A stretch of DNA of 64,000 nt, taken from contig NC_086097.1 in assembly GCF_963921235.1 (NCBI RefSeq), positions 39,124,001 through 39,188,000 of the forward strand, written 5' to 3'. The notes under the pieces were generated by a model that was not told the DNA's origin, did not search any database, and saw nothing but the letters and a program-made list of their open reading frames with translations. This document shows, in pieces, positions 49,347-62,200 of the stretch. The DNA is from Mobula hypostoma. Taxonomy: Eukaryota. Every line of letters starts with the position of its first letter. The first letter of the stretch is position 1. The translations under genes were made by a program, and so were the position numbers.

Positions 49347-51260
49347 TCAAGTTTCTATTCATTCACTTTGTAACAATTAATCAACAATTAATTCAGTTTG
49401 AAGAACACTTTTGTTTGGTTCATGAAGGCCAACAATGCCTCAGTTTTCAAATCCTTGTCCAGGATCTAACTGCACCATCACCACTTCTCAACTATCCCAA
49501 CCTTTACTACCTTACAGCTGCAGAAGCTATCTAATCCTTTTGCTTTATTTGTGGCCTTGTGCATGTTTCTTATTTTAATAACTCTCACTGTAACAATCTT
49601 TTCATCTGCATTGGTGTTTAGTGCTTAAGTTTTTTTCTTCCCCTACCCCCGATCCTTTCCAAATCTCTCCTTAAGATTCATTGCCAATCCTTTGACCGTG
49701 CCATTTGGTTATCTGTATTGATATCTTTCTTAGTGGCACAGTGTCAGGTTTTTAATTTTGGTGCTCTACCAAGCACCTGAGGATGCTTCAATAAACGTAG
49801 GTTGATATTGATGAAAGGACTTCAAAAGGTATCATTAATTGGGATTTTTTTCTCTCTGTAAGCAGCTGTCATATTTTTAAATGGATTCTTATTTACAAAG
49901 AGGTGATAACTTTTTACATTAAAACATTGAGTTTTAATGAGTATTGAGAATGAATAATAATTGTTTCCAGTATTTTACTAAAAGTGCTTTATGATTTTTT
50001 ATTTTATTCGTAAATATGAACCAAGATGTGGTGAATTTGCTACATTGACTGCAGAGGTCACTGAATGATTTGGAAACTTTGGTCAGCAGCTACTGTTATA
50101 CATTACGTTATCACCATACAATATCTGCATTGTGTAGGGTAAAATATACAGGAGGGTATTTAGTGTGAGATCTGTTTTGCCTCTTTCAATCAAATGCTGG
50201 TTGCGCAGTGTAGCAGTATCTTAATTGACACTTAATGCTTTTTGGTCTATCCAGCATAAGAGTTCTTAAACGAAAAAGTCCAGTAATGGCACAGGAGATG
50301 TAGGTTGACAAGCAAATGTTACTACTCGTTTGTGCAAGCAAACATTACAATGTATTTCTTCAAATGTCTCTATGGTTTTCCATTGAAGGACTATCTATTT
50401 CATAAAGATTTATTTTGCCAGAAATATTAGGTTATTTATAGTTTTAAGTTAAATGCTGTCATTTTCTATTCCTACATTTACAGTGAAAGGACACATACTT
50501 ATTTTACCTTATGACTTGGGTGGGTGTGGGGGGGGGTGGAGAGTTATCTGACCTATTGAGTCACTGCTGGCTGTCAGAACAAATCCTGTTCTCCAACTTG
50601 TTTCCCCATTACACAGGCCCATTAACGTCCATCTACTCCGGCAGCAATTTATAATAATTAGTTAATTTAGCCAGCATATTTTTTGGATGGGGAGGAGGGA
50701 AATCAGATTAGCTGGGGAAACCCATGTGCTCCCATGAAGAACTTGCAGACTCCATACAGACAAAACTGGAGTTCAGTATGGAACCCAGATTGCTTGGGCT
50801 ATGAGGCAACTGCACTCCTTGCAGAACCACAATTCTATCCCAGGAGAGACAGTCTGTGTAAAATTGAGATTTAAATGGAGGACTATTTCTCTTGGAGCTC
50901 TAGTTTCTCTTGTTTTGCTTTTACAAACAGTTTATACAGTGCTACAGTAGATCACACAGCTATCTCATAGTTCCAGGGATTTGGATTTACTTTTGATCTC
51001 TAGTGCCATAAGATTTAACTAGAATTGTGAAAATTGTGGATGTTATTTGGTGATACGATTATTCATGGAAAACTAATTTTACTTTATATTTTAAATGTCA
51101 ACCTGTGATCATCTTATATTCACTTAATGTAACAAAGTTATAATTGAAGCAAGTTTTCACCTGCACTTACACCATCACATAGTACATCATCACATAGTAC
51201 ATATACATTTTCACAAAATAAGCTATTGCACAGGGTCTGTACCAGATATGAACAATTTAC

Positions 51261-51432
51261 TCAAGGCCTCTGAATAAACCAGATCTCATTATGTCGATTT
51301 GGAACTGAAGGATTGTTGTAACCAGCCACAATAAAGGTATCTTGCAGTAACAACTCAGGAACGTCAAGGTGCTCTGCTAGATGGTTTATCTCTCGTAAAA
51401 TAATCTCTTCATTAGTGGTGCCATTGAAAGAT
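51261..51432 (-). CDS. soul3: SOUL-family gene, terminal coding exon
   Basis: ttttctgcttgtgcag|A TCT TTC ... NRHNEIWFIQRP TGA. Confidence 0.88.
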
Positions 51433-54400
51433 CTGCACAAGCAGAAAATTGAGTAATTAATGTTTATTGTTTAGCTTTTTCTGGTAAATTTGCAGTATTG
51501 ACCACCTTAATAATGAGCTTTGAAGGTTAAAGAATTCCTGTATGGTTATTTGTTTTAAGTCGAGTTGCATATTTGTGGGATTAGTTTTTTGTCATTTGTT
51601 TTTTGTCTCAAAATACAGAAGCAATGTCAATATTTGGAAGTCTGTTAAAGATGTACTGTTTTTAATATTACATTCTTTCTATTTATTTTACTGTCTACAA
51701 GAGGGAATGTCCAATCTTAAACTGTGATAAGACATACAAAATGGAAGCAGGAGTAGGCCATTCAGTAACATAATAACTGATCTTTTTACATTATCACTAT
51801 ACAATATCAGCATTGTGTAGGGTAAAAATATACAAGAAGTCATATAGTATGAGATAAATCTGTTTTGGCTCTTTAAAGTGTCTTGATTTAAAACACATTT
51901 GTAAATGTACAGCTATTTAATTATGATACCATATAAGACACTGAAATATTATTTGTTGTAAAGAAATCCTTGCAAATTTTTGAGGAAATTTCTCTTTTAT
52001 GACTGCCTTTTCTCAAACTTCCTGATGATGTCACACTAACACCTTTTTTAAAGCAGGTGAGATCAATCTGAGAATTCCTGAGCACTGCTGGTGGCCTTGT
52101 AGCTAGATCAGATTGTGTACCAAGTATACTTCAATTGTTTTTTAACCCTGTTCAATTAACTCTATAATTTAATGCATTTTAGAACTCCTTTGATTTGACT
52201 CCTGTTAAGAGATTGAAAAGCACTGGTGTTCAGAGTGATATGGGTGTCTTTGTAGATAAACTGCTTAAGTTTTACATTCAGGTAAAGTAAGCAATTAAGA
52301 CAACACAGGGTATGCTGACCTTTATTGCAAGAGAACTTCAGTGCAAGAGGAAAGATGATTTAGTGAAGTAATATAAAGCCCTGGTGAAGCCACACCTGAG
52401 ATATTGTGTACAAGTTTGTTCTCCTTTTATAAGTAGAACTATACTTGGATGAATATGTAGTGGATTATTTTCTGGTATGGCACTACAGTTGGTGCTAAAG
52501 AGGGTAGGGAATAGACAGAGAGGATTTTTCAAACAAGGGAAATTAGAATTCTCAAATGAAGAGATTGAGCTGGGGCTTGATTTCTGAAGAATGAGAAATT
52601 ATCTTATTGAAACAAATAATATTCTCTTGGGTTTTGATGGGGCAAATGCAGGGATTAAGGTCAGTTTCAAAATAAAGGCGTGGCCATTAATAATAGAAAT
52701 GAAAGAGATGAGACTGCAATCGTTGGAAATCTGGAGTAATACACAATGCTAGAGAAACTCATCGTGTCAAGCAGCGTCTGTGAAGGGAAATGGACAGTTG
52801 ATATTTCAGTCAAGACCCTTGCAGTCCAATAAAGAAATGATCAGTTGGCTTCTCGGGTTTCAGATTGAGACCCGAAATGCCAACTGATCATTTCCCTCCA
52901 TTGATGCTGCCCGAGTTCCTCCAGCATTTTGTGTTGCTTCAGAAACGAGAGGATTTTTTTCATTTGCAGGATGGTGAATTTTCTACTCCAGAGAGCTATG
53001 GAGGCTCATTTGCTAAGTACATTTAAAAGGTACAAATAGATTTTTAGATAAATAAATAAGGGAACTGAGGGACCCGGTGTTTTGTGGGAAAAGTGATATA
53101 AGATCAGCCCTGATCAAGTTGAATAGTGGAGCAGGTGAAAAGGGCAAATGGGCTCCTGCTGTTTTTTTTTGTGTGTGTGTGGTCTTGGCTCCCATTTAAT
53201 TGTGAGGATTTTTTCATGTTTTTTTGGAAGTTATTTGGGTTCTGGATATTGCATTCAATGTGATCCAGATATAAAACTTGCCTTTGTGTTCCCTGTGTAT
53301 AGTTATTCTACCTTCTTTTGTGTGAAAACTCACTTTTTGATAGCTATTCCTGATATTTTTTCCCTGACACTTTTCTCTATAGTATATCTTGATTCAATTC
53401 TTGACTTTTATTTTAATTATAAAAGATTTTTTTCACTTAATTTTTAACCATCCTTTCACATACAGGTACCTTTTTTATAATGTTATTTCCCAATCATTCA
53501 TGTACTTTTGGTTTACTCTACCTTGTTTTGCCTTTGCCATTCCATTAATATTTAAGCTTGTTCTTTTTTTTTCCTGATCCTCTCTATCTTTGTCTTGTTA
53601 GTTTAAAGCTTTCTTTGATTTTTTTTTGTATTGCCCTTGGCCCTAGAAACATTGTATGCAACTCAGACAGATGTAAGTGTATTAAGTTGATTGGTCCTTT
53701 GCCTATCTGGTAAACTCAAATTGACTAAAATGCATGTTGCTTTTTTTAAATGTCTGATCTATAACAGAATTTACTTTGATAAAAGCTAACTAAGAATTTA
53801 TAAGTTTTCTATGACATGCTATCCATAAAAACATGCACTGTTTGGAAATACCTATGCCCAGGCACGTATTTCTGTTTAGATCTTGTTTAAATGACTTCTC
53901 AGTACACTTTCCAAAATAGCAATATTGCTGGAAATCATTTGTTCTTTTTAATGTGAATTCTTCACTTCATTATTATACCTTTTCAGGTCTGATCCTTCTT
54001 TAAAAATGCTTGCTTAGCTACTTAGTACTAATAGTTGGCAATATGCACTGGGCTTTAGTGTGTAATCATTTGTAAAGAAACTTGCCTTGCGTAAATGACC
54101 TGTGCAGGCCACTCTTCTATGACAATGTCCGCATCAAAGGGCTGTGGAACCTGATCTTGGAATTGTGGTGGGAGGTAGTAAGCAATGGTTACTCTCGGTA
54201 GGAGTTCTGATCTGGTGTGGTTGGTGTGCACAGTGGTAACAACAGGTGCAGTCATTCCCAGGAACAGACCTATAAAAAGAAGGCCTGTAGTTTATTGGGA
54301 ATGTACAATAATATATTTTGGCAGAGGAATATCAGCTATGTCTTCTATCAAAAGCAAGGGAATATTTCCTTTTACTTAGGAAAAAACTTAAAAGGACTGA

Positions 54401-54934
54401 AGAAAAATACTACAAACAGTATACAAATTCTTCAAAATATTTTCCTATTATGTGCAAACTTTAATCAAGATTATTAATTTTCTCCTTGACGATTGTAATA
54501 AAGGGAATGAAATACTGGAAATGTACTCAAATCAAAGTAATTCCTAAATTATTTGTAATATTTCAGCTTAACCAAATGTACTAAGTATATAATATTTTCA
54601 TTGCAGGTTGCCTAAATTAGTAACTTTTAAGTATTGTTTCTTAATATTAAGGGGATACAGCTAGTTCAGATTAATCAAATATCATTCTAAATACCAATGC
54701 GTAAAGATATTTTTGAAAATTATTTCCCTTGCTTTTTAAATTACTGTAAAGCATTTGTCAGCAGGGTGTAAATGATCATTTCTGAAAATCACCTGATGAG
54801 TTTTGTTGACAAATGTATTTCATCAATTTCATAAATCCTTTGCATATGCTCTGTTCATAGCGAAGTTCACTCTCAGTTACGCAAGCCCATTTAGCTTTTT
54901 CATATTGACGTTTTTCATACAGTTGCTCATCAGT
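51261..54934 (-). CDS. soul3: SOUL/heme-binding protein (soul3-like), 3' three exons: 54793-54934, 54086-54269, 51261-51432; 5' exon(s) not found in the window
   Basis: Spliced translation: TDEQLYEKRQYEKAKWACVTESELRYEQSICKGFMKLMKYICQQNSSG/LFLGMTAPVVTTVHTNHTRSELLPRVTIAYYLPPQFQDQVPQPFDADIVIEEWPAQVIYAR/SFNGTTNEEIILREINHLAEHLDVPELLLQDTFIVAGYNNPSVPNRHNEIWFIQRP*. SOUL hallmarks present: YE.R.Y...W, F.KL..YI, MTAPV, AGY..P....R.NEIW. The family call is firm; the soul3 orthology is recalled, not computed. Confidence 0.88.
52215..53160 (+). mobile_element. Old CR1 remnant interrupted by a PLE terminal-repeat insertion (about 52705-52940)
   Basis: YKALVKPHLRYCVQ-like remnant; PLE repeat halves in inverted orientation. 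Confidence 0.65.
54086..54269 (-). CDS. soul3: SOUL-family gene, MTAPV exon
   Basis: Overlaps ORF 54055..54255; ttctttttatag|GT ... GCAAG|GCAAGT (GC donor); 184 nt. Confidence 0.87.
54793..54934 (-). CDS. soul3: SOUL-family gene, internal exon
   Basis: ttttcttgacag|ACT ... TCAG|GTGATT; 142 nt, no stops. Confidence 0.87.
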
Positions 54935-55007
54935 CTGTCAAGAAAATATGGAAACATTTCTTATTTTTCTGTCATCCAAAGTAATTTTAGTGTGACCAAA
55001 TGCAGAG

Positions 55008-55312
55008 TGTTGGCGCGTGGCCAAGTGGTTAAGGCGTTCGTCTAGTAATTTGAAGGTCGCTAGTTCGAGCCTTGGCTGAGGCAACATGTGTGTCCTTGAG
55101 CAAGGCACTTAACCACACATTGCCCTGCGACGACACTGGTGCCAAGCTATATGGGTCCCAATGCCCTTCCCTTGGACAACATCGGTGACATGGAGAGGGG
55201 AGACTTGCAGCATGGGCAACTGCTGGTCTTCCATACAACCTTGCCCAGGCCTGCACCCTGGAAACTTTCCAAGGCGCAAATCCATGGTCTCATGAGACTA
55301 ACGGATGCCTAT
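55008..55312 (+). mobile_element. tRNA-derived SINE with CORE-like body and RTE-type 3' tail
   Basis: A box TGGCCAAGTGG, B box GTTCGAGCC, body GTGTCCTTGAGCAAGGCACTTAACC, tail similar to 3870-3915; imperfect TSD AAATGC(A/T)GAG. Confidence 0.85.
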
Positions 55313-57224
55313 AAATGCTGAGAGATGTGAAAATGGTTGGCATTTTGTGTTTTAATTAAGATTTCGATATTAACCTGTAATTTAGACCACCACGGTAAAA
55401 TAAAAATTATTGTTGAAGCTTGTTTTTCTGTCTCTAGTTTACTTGTAAATATATAGACTCCCTTGGTTCTTGTTAAATAATTTAATCAGTGCATCTTACA
55501 ATTGTTGAACCATCAGCAAATATAGAACTGCTACCCTGTTTCAAAGTAACATACAAAATTGCTGGAGGAGCTCAGCAGGTCTGGTAGCATCTATGGAAAG
55601 GAATAAACAGTCAATATTTTGGGTTGAGACCCTTCAGGATTGGAAAGGAAGTGGGAAGAGGCCAGATATAAGGTTGTAAGAAAATATATATCTTTTATTC
55701 ATTTTATGTAAAGTCATAAAATGTATAACATTCAAAGTTATATTATAAATTCCATTTAGCATTTATATGTTGATGGATATGTTCATGCAGTGTGTAATTT
55801 CAAGTTAATATTTTCAGATGAGTAGCATTAGTGTAAATTATTTTTTTCCCTAGTTTATGGAAGAACTAAATGTTTGACCCTTTGAGTATATCCATCAGTC
55901 ATTTAACACTATAATCAAATGAAGTATTAATTACTTTTCTGCTCAGTTTTATTTTTCATTGCCTTTTGTGGGACTTGTCAACATACTATCAAAAAGTATA
56001 TGTTTGTAGAGGGAACATTATAATTTATTTTGCTTTGCTGCCTGATCTCCCAAATGTTTTGACACATCACTTGAATGTGATTGTGAACGCATGCTGGTGC
56101 TGCAGTGTAATTGTTGTATTTATTTAAACTGAGTAGGTTAAGTTCTTTAGGATTTGAGGACATTATCTAGGCTGACCCTTGTGGGATTGCTTGAAGCACA
56201 ATTCTCTGAATGAACATTTAAGAAGAAATTATATAGCTCAAATGGATGTTAAACAAATATTTAAATAATTCCTGGAATTGGAGTCACTTTAATTAGATCT
56301 TGCAATGTTCTTTGAAGTGCTTAAGAAGTGAGGCATCATAATTAGGTGCAGGTGCAAGCCATCTACTCTGCCATTCATCAAGATTTCAACCATACTTCTA
56401 CTGGAGTTTTCTTTTTCTGCACTATTGCCCAAGATTCCTATAATTTTCCGGAATGTATTAATTCCTGTTTTGAATGAACTTGATAACTGAACATTTGTAG
56501 CCTTCTCATGTGAGAATTCCAAATATTCATTGCCCCCTGAGTGAAGGAGTTTTCCACATCAGTTTTCAATGGCTTTCTGAGACTGTTGCACTCTTGCATC
56601 TATCTTGTTGATCCATATGAGTAATTATATATCCTTTTCAGGTATGGAGACCAAAACTGCACAATACTGTTGTTGCTTTATCAAGACTATATACATGCAG
56701 TAAAAGATCTTTACTCCTACACTCAATTAAAGGTCAATATTCTATTTATTTTCCTAAATGTCTGCTCCAACCCTCAGTGAATAGTACACATGGAGATCTC
56801 ATTGCTTTGAATATAATGTTTCCCAATCTATCAGCATTTTTAAAAAACTACTTTACTCTAGTTTTGTGAACCTAAATCAATACCTCTTACTTCTCCACAT
56901 ATTTCCATACGCCATATTTTTGTGCACATGCTTAGCTGGTCTCAATCTTGAAGCCTGTTTTTATATTCCATACTCATAGTTCCACATAGTTTTTGATTAT
57001 TATCAGACTAATGAATATGACATTTTGGTTCCTAGCCAAATTATTGATTATAGATCATGTCTTTAAATAATCTAATTTTTATGATATTACATTTCTTAAA
57101 TACCTCAAGGCTTATTGCAAGCATTGAATTAAAATTACCCAAATTCCTGGACTTTAGAACTTCAATGTTATGTTGCCTTTAGGGAAGAGTGACCACAGTG
57201 AGATGCAGCATAAATCAGTCCTCC

Positions 57225-59243
57225 TGTCTCCTCTGGTGCCTCCATCTCCCTTCTCCCCTCTGATGCTAGCATACCATGTCTTCATCATTCCTTTTGATCT
57301 TTCCCTCTGAGGCAGAACGTTCTGACCACAGCAAGGGTCTTACCTTTGTCCTCCTTCGTCTGAACCTCAGTGAGTTCTGCGCCTGCCATGATATTGAGCT
57401 CTTCTTCCATTTCCTCCACCTCTGAGCCCACTTCTTTGGTAAGAGTTCCACGCCCCACATTGATTTCCCCCCCCCCCCCACCCATCTCCAACCCTCCTTC
57501 TCCTCTTGGACACCCTGCTCTGGATCTTTTCATCTTGAATTACCAATGAGACATCAACCATCTCGATTTCAGCACTCCTGTCTCCTCCTCGAACCTTAAC
57601 CTCCCCCCCCCCCCCGGATGCATTGCTCTCCACTCTCTCCGCACCAATACCAACCTTGCCATCAAACCAGCAGACAAAAGAGGTGCTGTTGGCAAATTTG
57701 CCTCCACCTTGCTGAGGGCAGGTGGCAATTCTCAGTCACCTCCTCATACCATCCCTTTGAAGAGGACCTCACTCTGGACCATCAGAAAACTGCCTTCGAC
57801 ACTACTGACCTTATCAACTCTGGAGAACTCTCATCCACTGCCACCAGACTCATAGTTCTCTACCCTGCATTGCTTGCGTCGATCTCCTACCCAAGATCCA
57901 CAAATCTGACTGCCCAGGTAGGCCTATTGTCTCTGCCTGCTCTTGCCCCACTGAACTCGTGTTCTCGTATTTTCTAACTCCATTCTATTCCCCATGGTTC
58001 AGTCCCTTCCCACCTACATCTGCAATAATTCTTATGCCCTCGATTTCCTCAGTAACTTTCAATTCCCTGCCTGACTGCCTCATTTTCACCATACATGTCC
58101 AGTCGCTATACACTTCTATCCCACCATCAAGAAGACCTTAACGCTCTCTGTTCTTTCTCAATAAAAGAACCATCGCCACCACCCTCCATCTTGCAGACCT
58201 GGAGCTCACCTTCAAAAAATTTTTCCTTCAGCTCCTACCACTTTCTCCAGGCTTGAGGGGCACCTGTATGGGCTCCAGCAATGCCCACTTCTTCGTTGGC
58301 TACGTAGAACAGTCTATGTTCCAGGCCTTCCCCTGTAACGTTCCTTAGTTCTTTGACTGTATTGGTGCTGCTTCATGCACCCATGCTGAGCTTGCCAATT
58401 TCATCCAAGTTTGCTTCTAATTTCCACCCTGCCCTTAAATTCACTTGGTCCATTTTTGACACTTCCCTCCCCTTTCTCTATTTGTCTCCATCTCTGGAGA
58501 CAAACTGTCAACTGACATCTCTTGTAAACCTACTGATTTCCACAGTTGTCCTGACTGTACCTCTTCCTATCCTGTCTCCTGTGAAAATGCTATTCCCTTT
58601 ACTCAGTTCCTTCGTCTCCGCTGCATCTGTTCCCAGGATGCGGCTTTCCTTTCTAGGAAATCAAAAATGTTCTGCTCATCCAAAGATTGGGGTTTCCCTT
58701 CCTCTATCATAGATGCTGTCCTCACCTGCATCTCCTCCATTCCCTGAACATCTGCGTTCATTCCATCTTCCTAATGTCTTAACAGTGATCAAGTTTCTCT
58801 CGTCCTCACCTACCACGCATTGAGTCTTTGCATTCAAAACATTATCCTCCACAATTTCCGCCATCTCCAAAGGGATCCTGCCACTAAACATATCTTTACT
58901 ACCCCCCCCCCCCCACCACCCCGGTTTTCCACAGGGGTTGCTCCCTCCTTGATTCTTTTGTCTATTCATCCCTCATGACTGATCTCCCTCCCAGCACTTA
59001 ATCCCTGCAAGTGGCCAAAGTGCTACACCTGCCTGTTCATCTCCTCCCTCACCTCCATTCAGTGCCCAAACAGTCCTTCCAGGTGAGGCAATAATTCATC
59101 TACGAATCTGCTGGGGTCATCTATTGTGTCCTATACTCTCAAATTGGTCTCTACATTGGTGAGACCTGTTGTAAATTGGGGGATCTTGTTGAGCACCTCT
59201 GCTCCATCCGTCAAAAGCAGAACTTCCTGGTGGCCAAACATTT
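57225..59243 (+). mobile_element. Decayed Penelope-like element, interrupted at its 3' side by the L1
   Basis: Frameshifted remnants: [36 protein letters not shown]. Confidence 0.85.
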
Positions 59244-62200
59244 TATTTTTTTTTTAAATTTTATTTTTATTTGGATAAGGAATTCACAATTATCATGTAC
59301 TTTTTTCACACATATAACCTTTTCCATTTTTTTTATACGTATAAAACTACAATTATTTATACATTCTTAAGTACGCATTGAGATGATATAAAAGGAAAAT
59401 AAACATTTAAATAGATAATTATGTACTGTGGTAAATCTAACCTATTAGGCTAAGTAATGAAATTAGTTGTTAAGAAAAATGGTAATAATAGTTTCCATAC
59501 AACCCTTCTGGACCATTTCCACTGGTCCAAAATGTTGCATACAAGCCTATATACCAACCATTGTAGGTGTTTATATCCCAATTTGTTCATGCTTGTTCCT
59601 GCCCGCAGACATAATTATCCAATCCCTATGTACTTATTTACTTAATTTTTTCATTTTTTTTTATCCCTTTCCCAAATCTTTCCCTTTACTTGTGTTAATT
59701 CTCTATTTTCCAAAAAAAAACAAACATTTAGACTAGGGGTGCTTACGTTAGCAATATTACTGTGTTGATGAGAAGAGCAATATAAATCATTAGGAGAGTC
59801 ATCTAAAGTCTGCTCGCATTGGGGTTATATATTCAATCCATTTATTCCAGATTTGATAAAATGTTTCTTTTTGAGTTCTCAGGGAGTAAGTCAACTTTTC
59901 CATTTTAAATATTTCCAAGATAATTTCGTACCAATCTTCTAATGTAGGTGGTATTGGATTTAGCCATTTTCTAGTGATTGATTTCTTACTTGCCGCTAAG
60001 AGGGCCTGCAGCAACTTTATATCTTCCTTCTGTTCAAGGAACAATACATGCCCCAAATAGAGCGTCTCAAAGTTCAGAGGTATCTGGGACCTAAGTACCT
60101 TAACTAATGTTCTATGAATACCTTCCCAAAATAGACTTAATTTAGGGCAATCCCAGAAAATATGAAAATGATTTGCCTCCTTGGAGCCGCACCTTCTCCA
60201 ACACATCACATTTGTATCTTTATATTTTTCTTGATATGGGGTCTTGAAGTATCTTATAATGTTTTTCCAACAATGTTCTCTCCAAGTCAAAGAATTAGTC
60301 GAGGACCATTGAAAGCTGCAGATTTTCCCCCAAGCCTCCTCTGAAAGTACCAACCCCGCTTCTTTCTCCCACTTCTCTTTAATATACAGTGTATTTACAT
60401 TTTTAGCATGGGAGAGTGCATTATATAGGCGAGAAACTGATTTACTAGGTATTGAACTGCAAGCCGAATTCAGAATCTTGAAAAATTCTAATTCTACTGT
60501 TGATAGGTCTGTATATCTACAACTCTGGTTAACGTAGTTTCGTATTTGAAGGTACCTAAAAAAGTCATTATGTTCTAGGCCATGTTTGTCCTGCAGGATT
60601 TGGAAACTTTGTAATACTCTTTTATCTATAAATGAGAGGTAGGTTGTAAGACCTTTCTTTATTCATAGCTCAAATCTTTTATCTCCTCTGTTGGGAAGGA
60701 ATTCGGTATCATATGCACACCATCTAAAGAGTTTTAGCATGTTATTAATTCCACATGAATTAACCACCTTCTGCCATACTTTTAATGTAAGATTTATCCA
60801 AGCATTATTAAATTTTTCCAACTGGGCCATCAATCCTTTGTCAGCTATTGAGGCCTGAAGAGGAAAACTGTCAACTAATCCAAATTCTATTTCCTTCCAT
60901 CTAGCCTTATATTCCCTATTACACCAATATAACAGAGGGGTTATCTGTGAGGCATAAAAATAATTTCTCAGGCAAGGAAGAACCATACCTCCTCTTTCCT
61001 TCCCTAACTGTAAGGTGTTGTATCGAATTCTAGGTTTCCTTCCTTGCCAAATGAAGCGGGAAATCCATTTGTCCCATTCCCTGAATTGATTATCATCCAC
61101 CTCCACTGGTAAAGTACGGAAAAGATATAATAACCGAGGAAGAATATTCATTTTTATAGTATTTATCCTTGAATTTAAACTTAAAAAGGGGATAAGATTC
61201 CATCTATGCATATCTGCTTTTATCTCTGAGATTAATGGCCCCTAATTTACCTGTGACAGTGTTGAAAGATCCTTCGGCAGGGTTATTCCTAAATATTTTA
61301 ATGATTTAGCTTCCCACTTAAGATCGTATGTATCCTGCAATTTTTTGGATGGTGTATAATTTAGGGACATAACCTGCGTTTTCTTTACATTTATTTTATA
61401 ACCTGATATTTTCCCAAAGTCATCCAACAAGTGTAAACAATCCTATAAATGATTTTTCTGGTTCACTCAGATAGACCAAAACATCATCTGCGAATAACGC
61501 CACTTTCTGTTCAATCCCCGCCACCTTGATACCTTTTACGATTTCGCTCTGTCTTATTAGTTGGGCAAGTGGTTCAATATATAGCGCAAAAAGGAGAGGA
61601 GAAATTGGGCATCCCTGTCTAGTGCCTCTCTCTAAAATGAAGGAGTCAGAGAGGTCCCCATTTATCTTAATTCGGGCTGTTGGGCTGTCATACAGAGTCT
61701 GAATTACTTTAATAAACCTTTCTTGAAAGCCGAATCTTCCTAACACTCTGTATAGGAATGCCCAACTAACCAAATCAAAAGCTTTCTCAGCGTCCAATCC
61801 TACTACCATTGTCTCTGTCTCGTTCTTATTAACCTGTTCTAATATGTGCAGAGTTCTCCTTATGTTGTCCTGTGTTTGTCTTTGTTGAATAAATCCAGTC
61901 TGGTCTAAATGGATTAGGCCAGGTAAAAGCTTTTCCAATCTGCGCGCTAATATAGATGTAAATAGTTTGTAATCTAAATTAAGAACACTAATTGGCCGAT
62001 AATTGCCACATTCTAGTTTATCTTTACCCTCTTTAGGAATAACTGAAATAATCGCTTCTCTCCAGGAAGGTGGAGTTTCTCCTCTCTGCAAGATCCAATT
62101 AAAGGTGTTAAGTAGTAATGGGGCTAACTGTGTCTTCAGGGACTTGTACCACTCTGAGGTAAACCCATCAGAACCCGGGGACTTTCCAGCCTTTAACCTA

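Noticed and set aside
51173..51202. 15-bp tandem duplication (CATCACATAGTACAT twice) in the SOUL 3' UTR
   Set aside because: Ordinary slippage duplication with no sign of function.
55011..55085. Apparent tRNA gene
   Set aside because: It continues directly into a SINE body and RTE-like tail with a TSD, so it is a SINE head.
4505..55640. Recurrent TGCTGGAGGAACTCAGCAGG motif as a CRISPR-like or regulatory array
   Set aside because: Dispersed and irregularly spaced in a eukaryotic context; explained as Penelope terminal-repeat fragments.
55320..57220. Possible upstream SOUL exon, including ORFs 55978-56163 and 56289-56522
   Set aside because: No convincing SOUL-like peptide with matching splice phase; part of the region is decayed CR1.
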